A stretch of 63,802 bases of DNA, counting the filler, from Octopus bimaculoides (taxonomy: Eukaryota), in assembly GCF_001194135.2 (NCBI RefSeq). It is 8 parts of 8 records of this genome, joined end to end, with 100 filler letters (N's around TTAATTAATTAA, not from the genome) between each part and the next. Parts side by side here need not be neighbours in the genome. Positions count along the whole stretch, not along the records: positions 30,674 to 46,933 come from NC_068984.1; positions 47,034 to 54,723 come from NC_068981.1; 6 more parts are not named here. One strand, 5' to 3'. Shown one piece after another: positions 38,680-52,542 of this stretch. Below the pieces are notes generated by a model. The model saw nothing but the letters and a program-made list of their open reading frames with translations. It ran no database searches and had not been told where the DNA came from. Position 1 is the stretch's first letter, and every line of letters starts with the position of its first letter. A program made the translations under genes and the position numbers.

Positions 38680-39024
38680 CGAGATGGTATCAAAAAGCTT
38701 TCGGACGAGTTCAGATGGCAGCACACGGTTGCATGCGCAATGAGAATTAGCACCTGGTGACTTCCATCTCTTCCTCAAGATGAAAAGACAGATCCCAAGT
38801 CGCCGTTTTAACACCGTTGTCGAGATCCAGAGCGAATCACAGCAGTTCTTCGAGTCGCGTGCGGAAAACAACTTCCAAGCCGGATTCAAAAATAGGTATG
38901 AAAGCTAGGACCGGTGTATTGCTGCGCAAGATAATTATTTCAAAGGAAATAATGTTACAACTTAAGTCAATAAGTTACTTTTTATTAAACATAGCTATTT
39001 CGGGAACTTTTTGATACCACCTCG
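38680..39024 (+). mobile_element. Mariner internal-deletion derivative (second family)
   Basis: TA|cgagatggtatcaaaaag ... ctttttgataccacctcg|TA; LAPGDFHLFLKMKRQIPSRRFNTVVEI matches the mariner YSPDLAP-x-DF region. Confidence 0.92.
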
Positions 39025-39350
39025 TATCTTTATCTTCGTTTCCTCGCTTCTTATTATCTCACTCTCTCTCCTTCTGTCTGTCTTTCCCTCTCCTTTTCTG
39101 TATACATATCTGTCCTAACTAATCAGCCGGCTTACTGCTCAAAGGACATATATATTGAAATTTTTCTATCAATTTCTTCTTTTCTGAAATGTGTTAACTA
39201 GGGAAAGTTTACGTAACGGATACATTTTTTATTATATATTACGCAAACCTGAAACGTCTGTAACTTTGATAACTTTGATAACTTTGATAGGTTTTGGCCA
39301 GTGCAGGCCCAGGCCATGTCTAACTTAATAGCACCACCTGGTGATGTCTT

Positions 39351-40060
39351 TTAGTCATATATGGGGCACCATGGACCCGATTTTTGTAGTGGGCGGATAG
39401 CATGGGGGCTAAGTCTTGGGAGGATTTTAAAATTGATGCCAACATCATTTGTGCAATATTGATGGAATATTTTCCACATCACACTAATGATGTAGCGCTC
39501 CCGGCGATGCTGGAGAGAGTAGAGATTGATTTCTTTTAGTCGAACCCAATACCAATGCCTGTCATGCCGTCTATCTTTCTTGATATTGACCACTGGTGTG
39601 CTTCCATTTTCATAATGAGTTGCTTCCTATGGGGAGACCACAGTGAGCAACAGTATTCAAGGTGGTGTCGGGCAAAGAAGGAATTGAGAAGGATGGTGTG
39701 GGTATCTCTAGACCGGAGAGTGCTCAGAATCCAGGAGCACATCTTGCATGCCAAGTCAACCTGGCTGTTTACGTGGGAACTCCAGCTTGGACTGTTATCA
39801 GCAATTACTCCAAGGTTTCTGGTGTTGTTGGATGACACTAGGGAGTCGTCCGAGGGAAGAGAATATGGTAGTTTCAGAGTATCCTCTTTTCCAAAGTGGA
39901 TCAAATTAAACTTATCTTCATTTAGATGTATATTGTTCTTTTCCACCGATTGGGCAACAGCAAACAGAACCGAGTGAAAGCATCTTCGGTCTCCCATACT
40001 GTTTATGGCCTTCTGGAGTTTGGAATCATCTGCAAAGATTTTCAATGTAAAATGTTTGAT
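39351..40060 (-). mobile_element. CR1/L2-type LINE RT C-terminal fragment
   Basis: KIFADDSKL...LNEDKF...NLGVIADNSPSWSSHV...HLEYCCSLWSPH...YWVRLKEINLYSLQHRRER. Confidence 0.92.
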
Positions 40061-40088
40061 GACGACTACTAACTGTATATATGCGCGC

Positions 40089-40370
40089 AGGCGTAGGTGT
40101 GTGGTAAGAAGCTTACGTTGCAACCACATGGTTCCGGGCTCAGTCCCACTGCGTGGCACCTTGGGCAAGTGCCTTCTACTATAGCCTCGGGCCGACCAAA
40201 GCCTTGTGAGAGGATTTGGTAGATGGAAACTGAAAGAAGTCTGTCGTATATATGTGTATATATTTATGTGTGTGTCTTGTTGTCTATCTTTGTTTCCACC
40301 ACGCTTGAAAACCGATGCTGGTGTGTTTACATCCCGTAACTTAGCTGTTCGGCAGAAGGATCCGATTGAA
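40089..40370 (+). mobile_element. SINE family 1, 5' module plus partial 3' module
   Basis: Colinear with 27292-27570. Confidence 0.9.
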
Positions 40371-40811
40371 TATATATATATATANNNNNNNNNNNNNNNN
40401 NNNNNNNNNNNNNNNNNNNNNNNNNNNNNNNNNNNNNNNNNNNNNNNNNNNNNNNNNNNNNNNNNNNNNNNNNNNNNNNNNNNNNNNNNNNNNNNNNNNN
40501 NNNNNNNNNNNNNNNNNNNNNNNNNNNNNNNNNNNNNNNNNNNNNNNNNNNNNNNNNNNNNNNNNNNNNNNNNNNNNNNNNNNNNNNNNNNNNNNNNNNN
40601 NNNNNNNNNNNNNNNNNNNNNNNNNNNNNNNNNNNNNNNNNNNNNNNNNNNNNNNNNNNNNNNNNNNNNNNNNNNNNNNNNNNNNNNNNNNNNNNNNNNN
40701 NNNNNNNNNNNNNNNNNNNNNNNNNNNNNNNNNNNNNNNNNNNNNNNNNNNNNNNNNNNNNNNNNNNNNNNNNNNNNNNNNNNNNNNNNNNNNNNNNNNN
40801 NNNNNTATATA

Positions 40812-40935
40812 TATATATATATATATACACATACGACGGGCTTCTTTCAGTTTCCATTTACCAAGTCCACTCACAAGGCTATGGTTGGTCCTGGGTTATA
40901 GTAGAAGACGCTTGCCCAAGGTGCCATGCAGTGAG
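40812..40935 (-). mobile_element. SINE family 1, partial 5' module
   Basis: cgacgggcttctttcagtttcc...cttgcccaaggtgcca is the reverse complement of the family body. Confidence 0.88.
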
Positions 40936-40991
40936 CCTTTACATAAAGTTATATAAACGTCATTCTTTCTCAGTTATATGATCTACTGATG

Positions 40992-41061
<70 letters not shown>

Positions 41062-41691
41062 GCCTATGTGGGCACAGGATGTCATGAAACTTGTACAGTA
41101 AAAAAAGTACGAAGCACGAATACATGGAACATGAACTATTCTTTCGAACAACGAAAGACACAAATGGAAAATAAAACAAACATAAATAATGACCCTTCAT
41201 CAGTTGTTGGCTGTTTCTCTAGTCTCGTATTTCGAGCATTTAACAATAATATTCGCTTTCGTGAAAACAGTAGCTCCCGCAAATCAAATTAAATAACATT
41301 TGGGATTTCATGGAGGATCAAAATATGTAACACAAACAGGACAGTGAAGACAAACAAGAAGGTCTGCTAAACCTTAAAGTGGTTGTGGTGGCGAACGCGT
41401 AAATCAAGCTAGGACAGGAGTTTTCTGTGGAAGTACAAAAATTTCAACTATATATACTCCAACCAATATAACTATTTTCATTAAAAAATCCACACCTGAA
41501 TGGATGAAACCGCGTATGTGTAAGTTAAAGAAGTCTAATATGTTTAGCTTATTATTACATGTTTTTGTCTGTAACCTGTCTAAAGCGATTACAATAATTC
41601 TCTTAACGTTACTGTGCATTTTCCTTTTTCTTTTTTTACATATCACAGCATATGCAGAAATCTCTAACTACCGTTTACTAAACACATATTA

Positions 41692-41752
<61 letters not shown>

Positions 41753-41760
41753 CAGACAAG

Positions 41761-42200
41761 TGGAGGCGCAATCGCCCAGTGGTTAGGGCAGCGGACTCAC
41801 GGTCGTAGGATCGTGGTTTCGATTCCCAGACCGGGCGTTGTGAGTGTTTATTGAGCGAAAACGCCTAAAGCTCCACGAGGCTCCGGCAGGGGATGGTGGC
41901 GAACCCTGTTGTGCCTGTAATTCAAAGGGTCAGCCTTGTCACACTGTGTCATGCTGAATATCNNNNNNNNNNCGCCTAAAGCTCCACGAGGCTCCGGCAG
42001 GGGATGGTGGCGAACCCTGTTGTGCCTGTAATTCAAAGGGTCAGCCTTGTCACACTGTGTCATGCTGAATATCCCCCGAGAACTACGTTAAGGGTTCACG
42101 TGTCTGTGGAGTGCTCAGCCACTTGCACGTTAATTTCACGAGCAGGATGTCCCGTTGAACTGGAACCCTCGATGTCGTAAGCGACGGAGTGCTAACAACA
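41761..42200 (+). mobile_element. tRNA-derived SINE family 2, tail type A
   Basis: TCGCCCAGTGGTTAGGG / GGTTTCGATTCCC boxes, then aagctccacgaggctccggcag; contains a gap-associated false duplication. Confidence 0.85.
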
Positions 42201-42252
42201 GGATAGACAGACGGATGGACGGACGGCCGGACGGACGGACGGACAGACAGAC

Positions 42253-42288
<36 letters not shown>

Positions 42289-42819
42289 GAATTTATCAGT
42301 CTAAGTATAAAGTAAAAGTAAATTTTGCCTCGAAGTTGTTATTCTATTATATACATCTGTCTCAATCCTAATCATGGTTTTGTATAACCAATATATCTAC
42401 GAAAAGGCATTCTATCGTTGTTGTATTCTATAGCTAAAGAGATCCTAATTTTAGATTATTTACAAGTGTCCTGCATTCAGAAACCCTATCCAACCATAGT
42501 TCTCATTAAATGAAATAATCGTGTATCTTTTACAATTTTCTTTCAAGTATTTGTAAATGTAGTTTCCATAATAATTTTTATGTCCAAGTATCTCATACAT
42601 ATATAATACTTATTATACACACATATGATGGGATATGTGTGTATACAATATTTATGTATATTTAGGAAAATTGTTTCATTGTAAAAGTTTTGTTAGAGGA
42701 TTATCGCCCTTGAAAGGTATGTGTTAAATCCTTTTCTATTTCCATAGTTTGCAAACATGCAAAGTGCTTGAACTCAGTATCTCAAAGTAAGGAAACAATA
42801 ATGAAAATTTATTATTATT

Positions 42820-43112
42820 ATGCCCCCTTTTAAAGCCTAGCCAGGCTCATAGGCCCGGTTTCCCGGTTTCTCAGGCGTATGTGTTCTCTCCGGCTGGACG
42901 GGACGCCAGTCCGTCGCAGCGTTACTCAAGAAACAGGAAGAATGGGTGAGAGAAATTTGGGGCGAAAGAGTACAACAGGGGTCGTATCCACCCTCTGCCG
43001 GAGCCTCGTGGAGCTTTTAGGTGCTTTCACTCAATAAACATACACAACGGCTGGTTTGAAAATTGAAACCGCGATCGTCCGAACGCGAGCCCACTGGGCC
43101 ATTGCGCCTCCA
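42820..43112 (-). mobile_element. tRNA-derived SINE family 2, tail type B (V-domain-like)
   Basis: Same head as 41761; the tail has gctgcgacggactggcgtcccgtccag...gaaaccggg, resembling the V-SINE domain (from recall). Confidence 0.8.
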
Positions 43113-43709
43113 CAACGAAAATTTATGTATTAGTAAATATTTTGCTAAATCTACATACTTTTTTTCTTAGAAGCCAAAGTACAGTTTATATCATCAAATT
43201 GAATTAGTGAATAAAGCAAAATAATCAAATATATTTAATGTATAACATCACGCGATCTTATCTTTAAACAATATAAGCTTACAAAACAAAAGAGGTAGCC
43301 TGAATAAATCTTTATGCAAATGAATCAATACAGATTGATCAATGGAGCTAGCCATACTTTTTGTTTATGTGAACTTTTATTATAACAACCAACTAAAGAA
43401 ATTTCTCAGATATGAAATAAAATATTCATCATATGTAAGCATTTTCATTTTGCCCATGTGTGTTTGATACATACATTTCTTTACAGTTTTGGTTCTGTTT
43501 CAACTGTTAACAGATTTTCTGCACTTATGCTGGGCGAGTTGTATAACAAATATTCATAAATTATTTTCTTTTTTTTTTCTTTTTTGGGGTTTTTTTTTTT
43601 TTGTTAACGATACTTATTTCAAATCTGAAGCAAAGTGCATTGAAAAACTAACTAAAAACAATTGCCTTGGCAAGATTACTTCAATATTAATCCATTTTAT
43701 TTCCGTGTT

Positions 43710-44110
43710 TTTATTTGTTTCGGTCATTGGCTGCAGCCATGCTGGGGCACCGTCTTCAATAATGTTTAGTCAATGAATCGACTAAAGTACCTATTTCAAG
43801 CCTGGTACTTAACTTATCACACACTTTGCTGAACTGCTAAGTTACAGGCGCGTAAACAAACCAACANNNNNNNNNNNNNNNNNNNNNNNNNNNNNNNNNN
43901 NNNNNNNNNNNNNNNNNNNNATATATATATATATATATATATATATACGACGGGTTTCTTTCAGTTTCCGTCTACCAAATCCACTCAAAAGGCTTTGGTC
44001 GCCCCAGGTTATAGCAGAAGATATTTGCCCAAGGTGCCATGCATTGGTGCATTGGAATTGAACCTGAAACCATACGCTTGGGAAGCAAGCTTGTTATCAC
44101 ATAGTCACGT
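43710..44110 (-). mobile_element. SINE family 1, full-length, split by a gap
   Basis: 3' module at 43710-43866 and 5' module at 43946-44110. Further decayed copies at about 28390, 30960, 36995, 54580, 58060, 59480 and 63090. Confidence 0.8.
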
Positions 44111-44571
44111 TTGCGCTTTTCCTAATGTTATTTTACTTACTTGAACAACCACGGGAGATAACTTTCGAGATGTTTCGGTATCACCATTAGCTCGTCAAAA
44201 GTGCTGGATTGATATGATAGATGTAAACGTCGAGCAAAATTCATAGTAATATTTCTACCGGCTCTTTGCGTTCGAACTTTTAAACTCTGCCAAAGTCAAT
44301 TGAGTTTGACATTTTTTTGAAATCGAAAGAAAAAAAAAATAATAATAATAATAATGCACCAATTAAGTACTGGAGTCGATGGTAATGATTAACCACCTTT
44401 CCCACATTTCAAGCATTGCGTTTTTGCTGGAAACAATTATCATAGGCTCATCAACTGAGTATAGACTTCACTATACTTGCCAGAGTAAAGGTAGAGGTAT
44501 ACCTACGTAAATGTAGAAACAGTACATAGGTTACATTAGAGAAATGAGCTTGCTTGAAGAAATTATGTGCA

Positions 44572-44772
44572 GGCAGAATCGTTAGAACGCCGGGTAAAAT
44601 ACTCAGCGGTATTTCGTCTGTTTTTACGTTCTGAGTTCAAATTCCACCGAAGTCGACTTTGCCTTTCATCCTTTCGCGATCGATAAATTAAGTACCAGTG
44701 AAACTCTGGGGTCGATGTTATCGATTAGTCCTCTCCCCAAAAATTTCAGTTCTTTTGCCTTTAGTAAAAAGG

Positions 44773-44865
<93 letters not shown>

Positions 44866-45078
44866 TAGGCAGTGAACTGGCATACTTGTTAGTATGCCGA
44901 ACCAAAAGCTTCGTGGCGTTTCGTCTGTATTTAAGTTCTCAGTCTAAATTCCGACGAGATCGAGTTTACCCTTCATCATTTCGGGGTCGATGAAATAAGT
45001 ACCAGTTGAGCTCTAGGGCTAATGTAAGCACTATCCCCTTCCCCCAATATTTGAGGCCTTTCGCCTGTGATAGGAAGC
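44572..45078 (+). mobile_element. Two tandem SINE family 3 copies separated by (ATT)n
   Basis: 44572-44772 and 44867-45078 share gttctgagttcaaattcc...ctttcatcctttcg...ataagtaccagt. Confidence 0.85.
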
Positions 45079-46882
45079 TTTGTTATTCCTGGTTCTTATC
45101 AGTGAAAAATATATTTTCGTAAAGTCAGGTGAACTCTATTCACAATTGATAAGGCTTTCAGAAAGCTAACTATTCCTTGTATAACAGAGTTCATTTTTAC
45201 TTTGGGAAGCTCAGAATCCTACTTAGTAGTTGCTTTTCTTTTTTATCGTAGTATCATGTACAAGTTTCTCTGTGTACTCTTTTCCTCTAAATCGTTTGAC
45301 GCTCCTTTCTTAAAGCCCAAATATATGCGCATTTCTTAAATGTTACCCATTTGTAAATTGTCTTTTAGGGTAACCAGATTCTAGTAGGATTTTCTCTTAT
45401 GATATCCTGCTATGAATACTATTTTCAAAGCGCAGAATCTGCGAGAATTTCTAATGCTTTCTAAACTACTGTAAATAGTTATTTCAAACAAAGCAATATA
45501 CGACTATATTATTCCTTTCTTGTCAATCTTTTTCAATATTTTACTATAAGAAAACTTTTATTTAGAAGAAACGAACAGATCCAAGCACGATTATCATCAC
45601 TACCACCATAATCATCATCATCATCATCATCATCATAATCATCATCATCAATATTCTTATTCATGTAATTATTATCATTGTTGTTGTTGCTGTTGGTTGT
45701 GGTGGTGGTGGTGGTGGTGGTGGTGGTGGTGGTGGTGTTGACCTTGCTGCTGCTGCTGTTATCGGTGGTGATGACGATGATGATAATGATGTGCTGTTTT
45801 AAATCTTCAGTCGAAAATAGTGTAGTACGTCTATTTGATAATGAGGAATAGAATTGTAGTGCGTATGATAATGAAGAGACGTGTGCGATCGGAGAATGGC
45901 GAGGAGGAGGAGGGGATGATGGGAAGGAAGAGGAAGAGGAGGAGTTCGACTATGTGCAAGTAAGTGAAGTTAATGACAGCAAAGTTATTCCTGTTTTAAC
46001 ATGGCTCTCTGTTACTGGCAATTTTCCTTTTAATTCCTCAGACAATTTTTTTTTCCATTTTCTATTCTCTCTGTCGCGAAACACTTCTAAAGTTATTTGT
46101 GTATGCATATATGTCTGCATATATATGCATGCGTGTGCTCGTGTGTTTGCGTTTTTTTTTTTTTTTTTTTGTAAGTCTATAATGTTGTTCTTTTTTGTGT
46201 TGTTTTACTTAAGTTTTCTTTAAGTTTGAATTTGTTTCATTGTTTTTCCACCACGTCTGTTTCGCCTTGATTGTATATTCAAAATGTGTAATTATTTTCC
46301 TTCCCTTACTCCCACACACACGACACTCACAGACATATATATAAACGTATGTATTTATATATGTGCGTGTATATATATACGTGTGTGTGTATGTGTGTGT
46401 GTGTATGCATGTGTATATACACACACATATATACAACTATATGTGCGTGTGTGTAAATATATATGTATGTATGTATGTATGCATGTATCTCAACGTGTCT
46501 CACAGAAGAAGTATAATCGAATAGTTCTACCTTTGGCTTTGCAAAAGTAAAGATTTTCCTTTTGTTGAGTGTAGAACAAAAAACAAACGTAACATTTGCT
46601 CACATCAAACGAACGCCAGGTTTATCTTGATCAGTGCAAGATCAGCACAATTTAATCTAGTTTTCACTGCTCTTCTTTCCTCTCCCCCTCTCTCTCTCTC
46701 TCTCTAAACCTCTCTCCCCTTCTCTCTCTCTTTTTGTCTCTCTTTTTCTCACTCTTTCTCTCTATCTCTATCTCTCTCTGTCTCTCTTTTTCTCTCTCTC
46801 TCTTTCGTTCGTACCCGTATCTCTGTTAGCTCTTAGCACAGATTGCATTCTCTCTCTTTTTTTCTCTTTCCGATTCTTTCTT

Positions 46883-46933
<51 letters not shown>

Positions 46934-47176
46934 NNNNNNNNNNNNNNNNNNNNNNNNNNNNNNNNNNNNNNNNNNNNTTAATTAATTAANNNNNNNNNNN
47001 NNNNNNNNNNNNNNNNNNNNNNNNNNNNNNNNNTATATATATACACACACATATACAGATTTATATATGCATACAAATAAATATACACAATTATATATAT
47101 ACTTACGCATATTTACATATATTTATATATATATATATATATATTATATATAGTTGCATGTATATACATACACACA

Positions 47177-47228
<52 letters not shown>

Positions 47229-47462
47229 CATTAATAAGTCACGTTCTATTTTTAAACACTGGACGTAAATTTGTATATCTTATACACACATATATATGCA
47301 CATGTACACATATACTTACATATACCTATGTACGTATATATACATATTATATTACTGCGTGTTTGCGCACACATTTCGAAGTACGTACAGGCGCGTGGGT
47401 GTTGGAGTGGATGTACTGAAATATTTAAACTGGTCAATTGTGTGCGCTGTTATATTTCTGGA

Positions 47463-47518
<56 letters not shown>

Positions 47519-47918
47519 TGATGATAATAATAATAATAATATACTTATACAGAGAAAATATATAGAAATATGTATTACATGACAGGAATTGACACGAACC
47601 AATCTTGTAACAGTAAAATAAAACACATTCTTTTACCTGTGCAAAGTGCACACAACGAAATTGTATGCACTAACCACTAAACACACTTGAACACCTGTTA
47701 ATGAGCTTGTGACCTTCTGTAAACTACTGTAAGAGCCATTGTGTGGTCACTCCTTTGAAATATGCTCAGTATTTACAGAAATATTATTTCCGAAAGAATA
47801 TGGAAAGAAATAAGTATTGTCTATTTCTGTGCTTAGTTAAAGTGCTAATTTTTATAATTTGTGTCTTACATTTTCAAAATTTTATATATGTGCCCTACCT
47901 ACCTACCTACCTACCTAC

Positions 47919-47971
<53 letters not shown>

Positions 47972-50719
47972 CTTCTGCTTCTTTCTCCCTCTCTAACTCT
48001 GTCTCTGTACGTATGTATGAATGTATGCATGTACATACAGGGAGGGAGAGAGGCGTGACTGTGTTAGAAACAATATCGTAATTTCGATTCTTATCCGAGT
48101 ATGTTTACGTTCACTTGCAGTGACGCAACTTTGAGCCTCTGACCTTTAATAATGACTTCTGAGATTTAAGTGTTACTGTGTTTTAATGACCCCGAAAGAA
48201 TGAAATGTATTTTTTGACTCCAATGTGATTTGAACGCAAGGTGTAAAGAAGCGAACCAAATACTACAAGGCATTTTTGTACAAAATTCCAACGATTCTGC
48301 CTACACACCGACGTTAATGTCTCCTTTGATAGTAGTAATTTATCTTGTGATCTTTCTTAGCACACCCAGTGTTACTATGTAGTGGTTGTTCTGTTAGATT
48401 TCTTAAAATTTAGTTTCTTTCAACATAATACCTATTTAATATTGGTTCATATAAAATTGTAGATAACTGGCTAATTTTCTTTATATGTTACTATCGAAGC
48501 TAACAATAGTAAAGCGACAACTCTCTAATTTGCAAAAATGCTTATCGTGTGGCTGGATTATGACCTTCCATTGAAGTACTAAGAACCCCCCATCTTTATC
48601 TTGCTGAAAGCAAAGCTAGCATTTTACTGTATGATCAATTATATACACTCAGGTCAGTAATAAATAGACTGAAACTTCGCAATGCTTCGATATGTTACGA
48701 TTAAACTAGAGAAACGTGTGCATAGCGTAATCTGACCATGAATATGTATAGGTAGTGAATGCTACTTATTCTTTGTATAATCACCGTAATGTGTCAAAGA
48801 TAATGGTAAAGTCAGAGTACTGCCGCTATTCACACGGCAGTATGTAACAAAATGGTATTGAGTGTATTATCACTAAAATCACTATTACTGTAAAGGAATT
48901 TGCACTTATATTAGTAAAAATTAATTCAATAAAGTTCACAAAATGAAATAAGTTCAACGAAAGAAAATAAATCCATGTGTCATAATGCTTGCAAATTCTC
49001 CTTAGATTTCGCTTATCCTCATGATATGCGAATGCATTGTAGCGTGTGAACTTTATAGAAAATAACATCGGTCTGACTTATGAACTAGCGCTCATAAATT
49101 CATAGCTGCGTTTGTTCACAGACCGTGCCCTACAAGCTAATGCTAAAAATATAAAAAAGTAACAGCATGAACATAACTATTTTTTCCCCTTGGAGAAAGA
49201 AGTATAATAGTCAGGGTAAGTAAGAAATGCAAAACGATTTGAAGAGAGAGAGAATCAGAGAGAGAGAGAGAGAGTGAGAATGAGAGAGAGTGAGAGAGAG
49301 AGAGGAAGTAAAAGAATGTGGAAGACAGATAGGGGAGAAAGGGAAAGTGGGACTTAGAGGAATTTGTTTGCTGTGTGTGTTCAGAAATGATAAAATCTAA
49401 GCAAGGTAGATTTGTTATGCAAGAAGAAATATGAAAACTTAGAAAGAGAAAGAGTGATTGAACAGTAGAAATATAAAGAAAAAGCTCTAGTTGAAGAGAG
49501 GCGATTGTTTTGAAAAGTAGCTCACAATAAGTTGATTACCACGAAATAAGTGGCTAACTATATGAGGTGAAGAGGAGGTTATGGTTTGCATAGAGCTGCA
49601 AATAGCTGTTAGCATACATGTTATGCTAATCATATCTTCGATGCTTTTACAAAGCAAGCAACATCAAAGTAACACATGCAAAAATACATAACACTCTACC
49701 AGCCTGTTTCACACGCGTACTCTCATTCTCTGTACATGTCAGTGTATCGAAGTAGATTTCTAATGTATAAAAGAACGTACGGGGACATACTCACATGCAA
49801 CCACCCAACGTCACAAAAATGTCGAAAGCCTACAGTTTTGTTGCTATATCTTAAATCAGGTTAAAGTGAGTTGATGGGTGAGTGTACATAGCTCTTTCTG
49901 TCTGTCTGTCTGTCTGTCTTTCTTTATGCATACATACATACATTCATAAATGAAATGCAAATACATACATATACACATACATATAAATGTATATATACAT
50001 ACACGCGCAAACACACACATATATACACGAAATGCATACGTTCAAACATACACATACGCACGCACATTAACTTTGCATTGCGCGACAAAAGAATAGTCTT
50101 CAAAACTTCAAGGGTACAACAGTTCGTGTTGAATTTCTATCACATTATGAATCAGGTTTTAAGCGTTTGATACGTCACATGTAGTAAATACAACATGACG
50201 TGAGAGATCAATTGTAAGATACTAATTTATACACTCTTACGTACGTTTCACTAATACATATTGCTTATGTAACGAAATTACATCTTGAGGATTTATTATT
50301 ATTTTATGAGACGTAACTGTGACAGAATCAGCAATCATAGTAAGCAAATAAATTAGAGTTAATTGAATATACAAATTGGTTTCGGTCATCAATTATCATC
50401 TCCATCCATACAACCAATTCTATAAGAGACAAGATTTTGGTAATTTTCAAAATAGCAAATACAGTGTTCTGTAAGTGGGATTCTGTTGTGAGAATATATT
50501 TAGGAAACTAAAGACAAACAGGAACAGCAGTAATGATTGATTTCATTGGCCACAAAGGCACAAGTCACGGAGGAAAATATAAATGACGAAATACAAGACC
50601 CACACCTAGAATGTTTACATCAATTAAAAGGAAATCCTCTGCACACTTCGCTAACAGGTTCTTCTGTTGGCGCTTATATACTTGAGAACTGGCCTAAAAA
50701 AACTAATTCTACCCCCTGT

Positions 50720-51200
50720 AGCGCTACATTGCCAAAGACTTTTGGAAATTCTCTATAGACCCCGATCTGACTAAATGTTTTCCAGAAGAGACCGCTCGAC
50801 GTTTAACTTCAGTCTTAAGCAATCTTCATTCCTGACATCAGCCCTTGCTTTACAGAAAACTAGAGTTGCTTTCCCTCCCTATCGACAGCAATGTTCAACT
50901 GGTAGATTGGGATCCTGGCAACAATGTCCATGCCAAACACTTAATCTCTTGACTCGTGATTATTGCTCGGTCAATGAAAAAAGCTGCGAAGAGATGAGTC
51001 ATAGGAAATAGGAGGTCCCAAAATTAACCTTCCCTTTTCTCATTGCCCTCACCGTTGCACTTATCTAGTTATTTCCACAAGTGCATTGGAGCCTTAGGGA
51101 CAATGCTAAATCTTATGCACCTTAAGCATCATGTGAAATGCCATGAAATCCCAAAGCCATCAGAACGACAAAAATTCTTATCATGGGTACTTCGTTCATT
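50720..51200 (+). mobile_element. Decayed CR1/L2-like RT N-terminal region
   Basis: One frame with four stops: KDFWKFSIDPDLTK...RRLTSVLSNL...LLYRKL...IDSN...DPG...IARSMKK, loosely matching WK.A.V.P..K / YRPISLTSV / Q.GF.PG. Confidence 0.45.
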
Positions 51201-52343
51201 AAACAAAAAAAAAAACAAAAACAAAAGAAGAAAAATAAAAGATGAAAAGTGTCAATTTGAAAATACCGGATTATCTTAGTAGATTTTACAAGATTGAAAT
51301 ATTGCAAATTTAGCAGAATTCATTCCATACATTGTTGATCATAAATAACACCAATAGTCAAACGTTCAACCTCCTGTCATTTAAGGTCTCTGAATCCAAC
51401 TCGGAGCAGCTCGTATAGAAAAAAAAAAAAAAACAGCAATGAAAGAAACGATAAAAAATACTTTAACCGGAGAGAAGCGCATGTGTTACTAGAAGTGCAA
51501 AATAAGAATTCCAATATGAAATGAAAATCTCAGGAGGAAATGTGTAGATTAAAAGAGTGAGATGTGCAATAACATTAAAATTTCATACATATATAGTAAG
51601 AATTACTAATAACTATTTAGATCTGCAAAATTACTACTATAGGGGACACTTTAAATTAGAAGACAACAGATTTTAATTTAAGGAAACCTGCTCAAAACCA
51701 CAGATTACCCTTTACTATAAGATATAAATGAAAGATTCACTTCAAGATTCTAGCCGTTAGGACGATGACGACGATGACTACGACAAAAAAAGAAGAAGAA
51801 GAAGAAGAAGAAGAAGAAAAAGAAGAAGAAAAAGAAGAAGAGGGAGGAGGAGGAGGAGGAGGNNNNNNNNNNNNNNNNNNNNNNNNNNNNNNNNNNNNNN
51901 NNNNNNNNNNNNNNNNNNNNNNNNNNNNNNNNNNNNNNNNNNNNNNNNNNNNNNNNNNNNNNNNNNNNNNNNNNNNNNNNNNNNNNNNNNNNNNNNNNNN
52001 NNNNNNNNNNNNNNNNNNNNNNNNNNNNNNNNNNNNNNNNNNNNNNNNNNNNNNNNNNNNNNNNNNNNNNNNNNNNNNNNNNNNNNNNNNNNNNNNNNNN
52101 NNNNNNNNNNNNNNNNNNNNNNNNNNNNNNNNNNNNNNNNNNNNNNNNNNNNNNNNNNNNNNNNNNNNNNNNNNNNNNNNNNNNNNNNNNNNNNNNNNNN
52201 NNNNNNNNNNNNNNNNNNNNNNNNNNNNNNNNNNNNNNNNNNNNNNNNNNNNNNNNNNNNNNNNNNNNNNNNNNNNNNNNNNNNNNNNNNNNNNNNNNNN
52301 NNNNNNNNNNNNNNNNNNNNNNNNNNNNNNNNNNNNNNNNNNN

Positions 52344-52379
<36 letters not shown>

Positions 52380-52469
52380 ATTTACACCTTCCCGTCTCGC
52401 TCTCACCCACTTGCTATATACTATGTATAAGTATATGTACATATGTATGTGTGTACGTGTGCGTGTGTT

Positions 52470-52542
<73 letters not shown>

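Noticed and set aside
41100-41300. CTGATGA and GAAA on the minus strand as a hammerhead
   Set aside because: Stems I and III cannot be formed convincingly in any permutation.
41862-42073. Exact 101-bp tandem duplication inside a SINE
   Set aside because: Copies sit either side of a 10-N gap; assembly artefact.
45880-45965. Acidic open frame ending in GTAAGT
   Set aside because: Low-complexity GAG/GAT sequence with no pyrimidine tract at the putative acceptor.
50720-51030. Frame interrupted by TGA codons, suggesting a TGA=Trp code or a viral insert
   Set aside because: Better explained as a decayed LINE RT; TAA and TAG stops also occur in or next to the frame.
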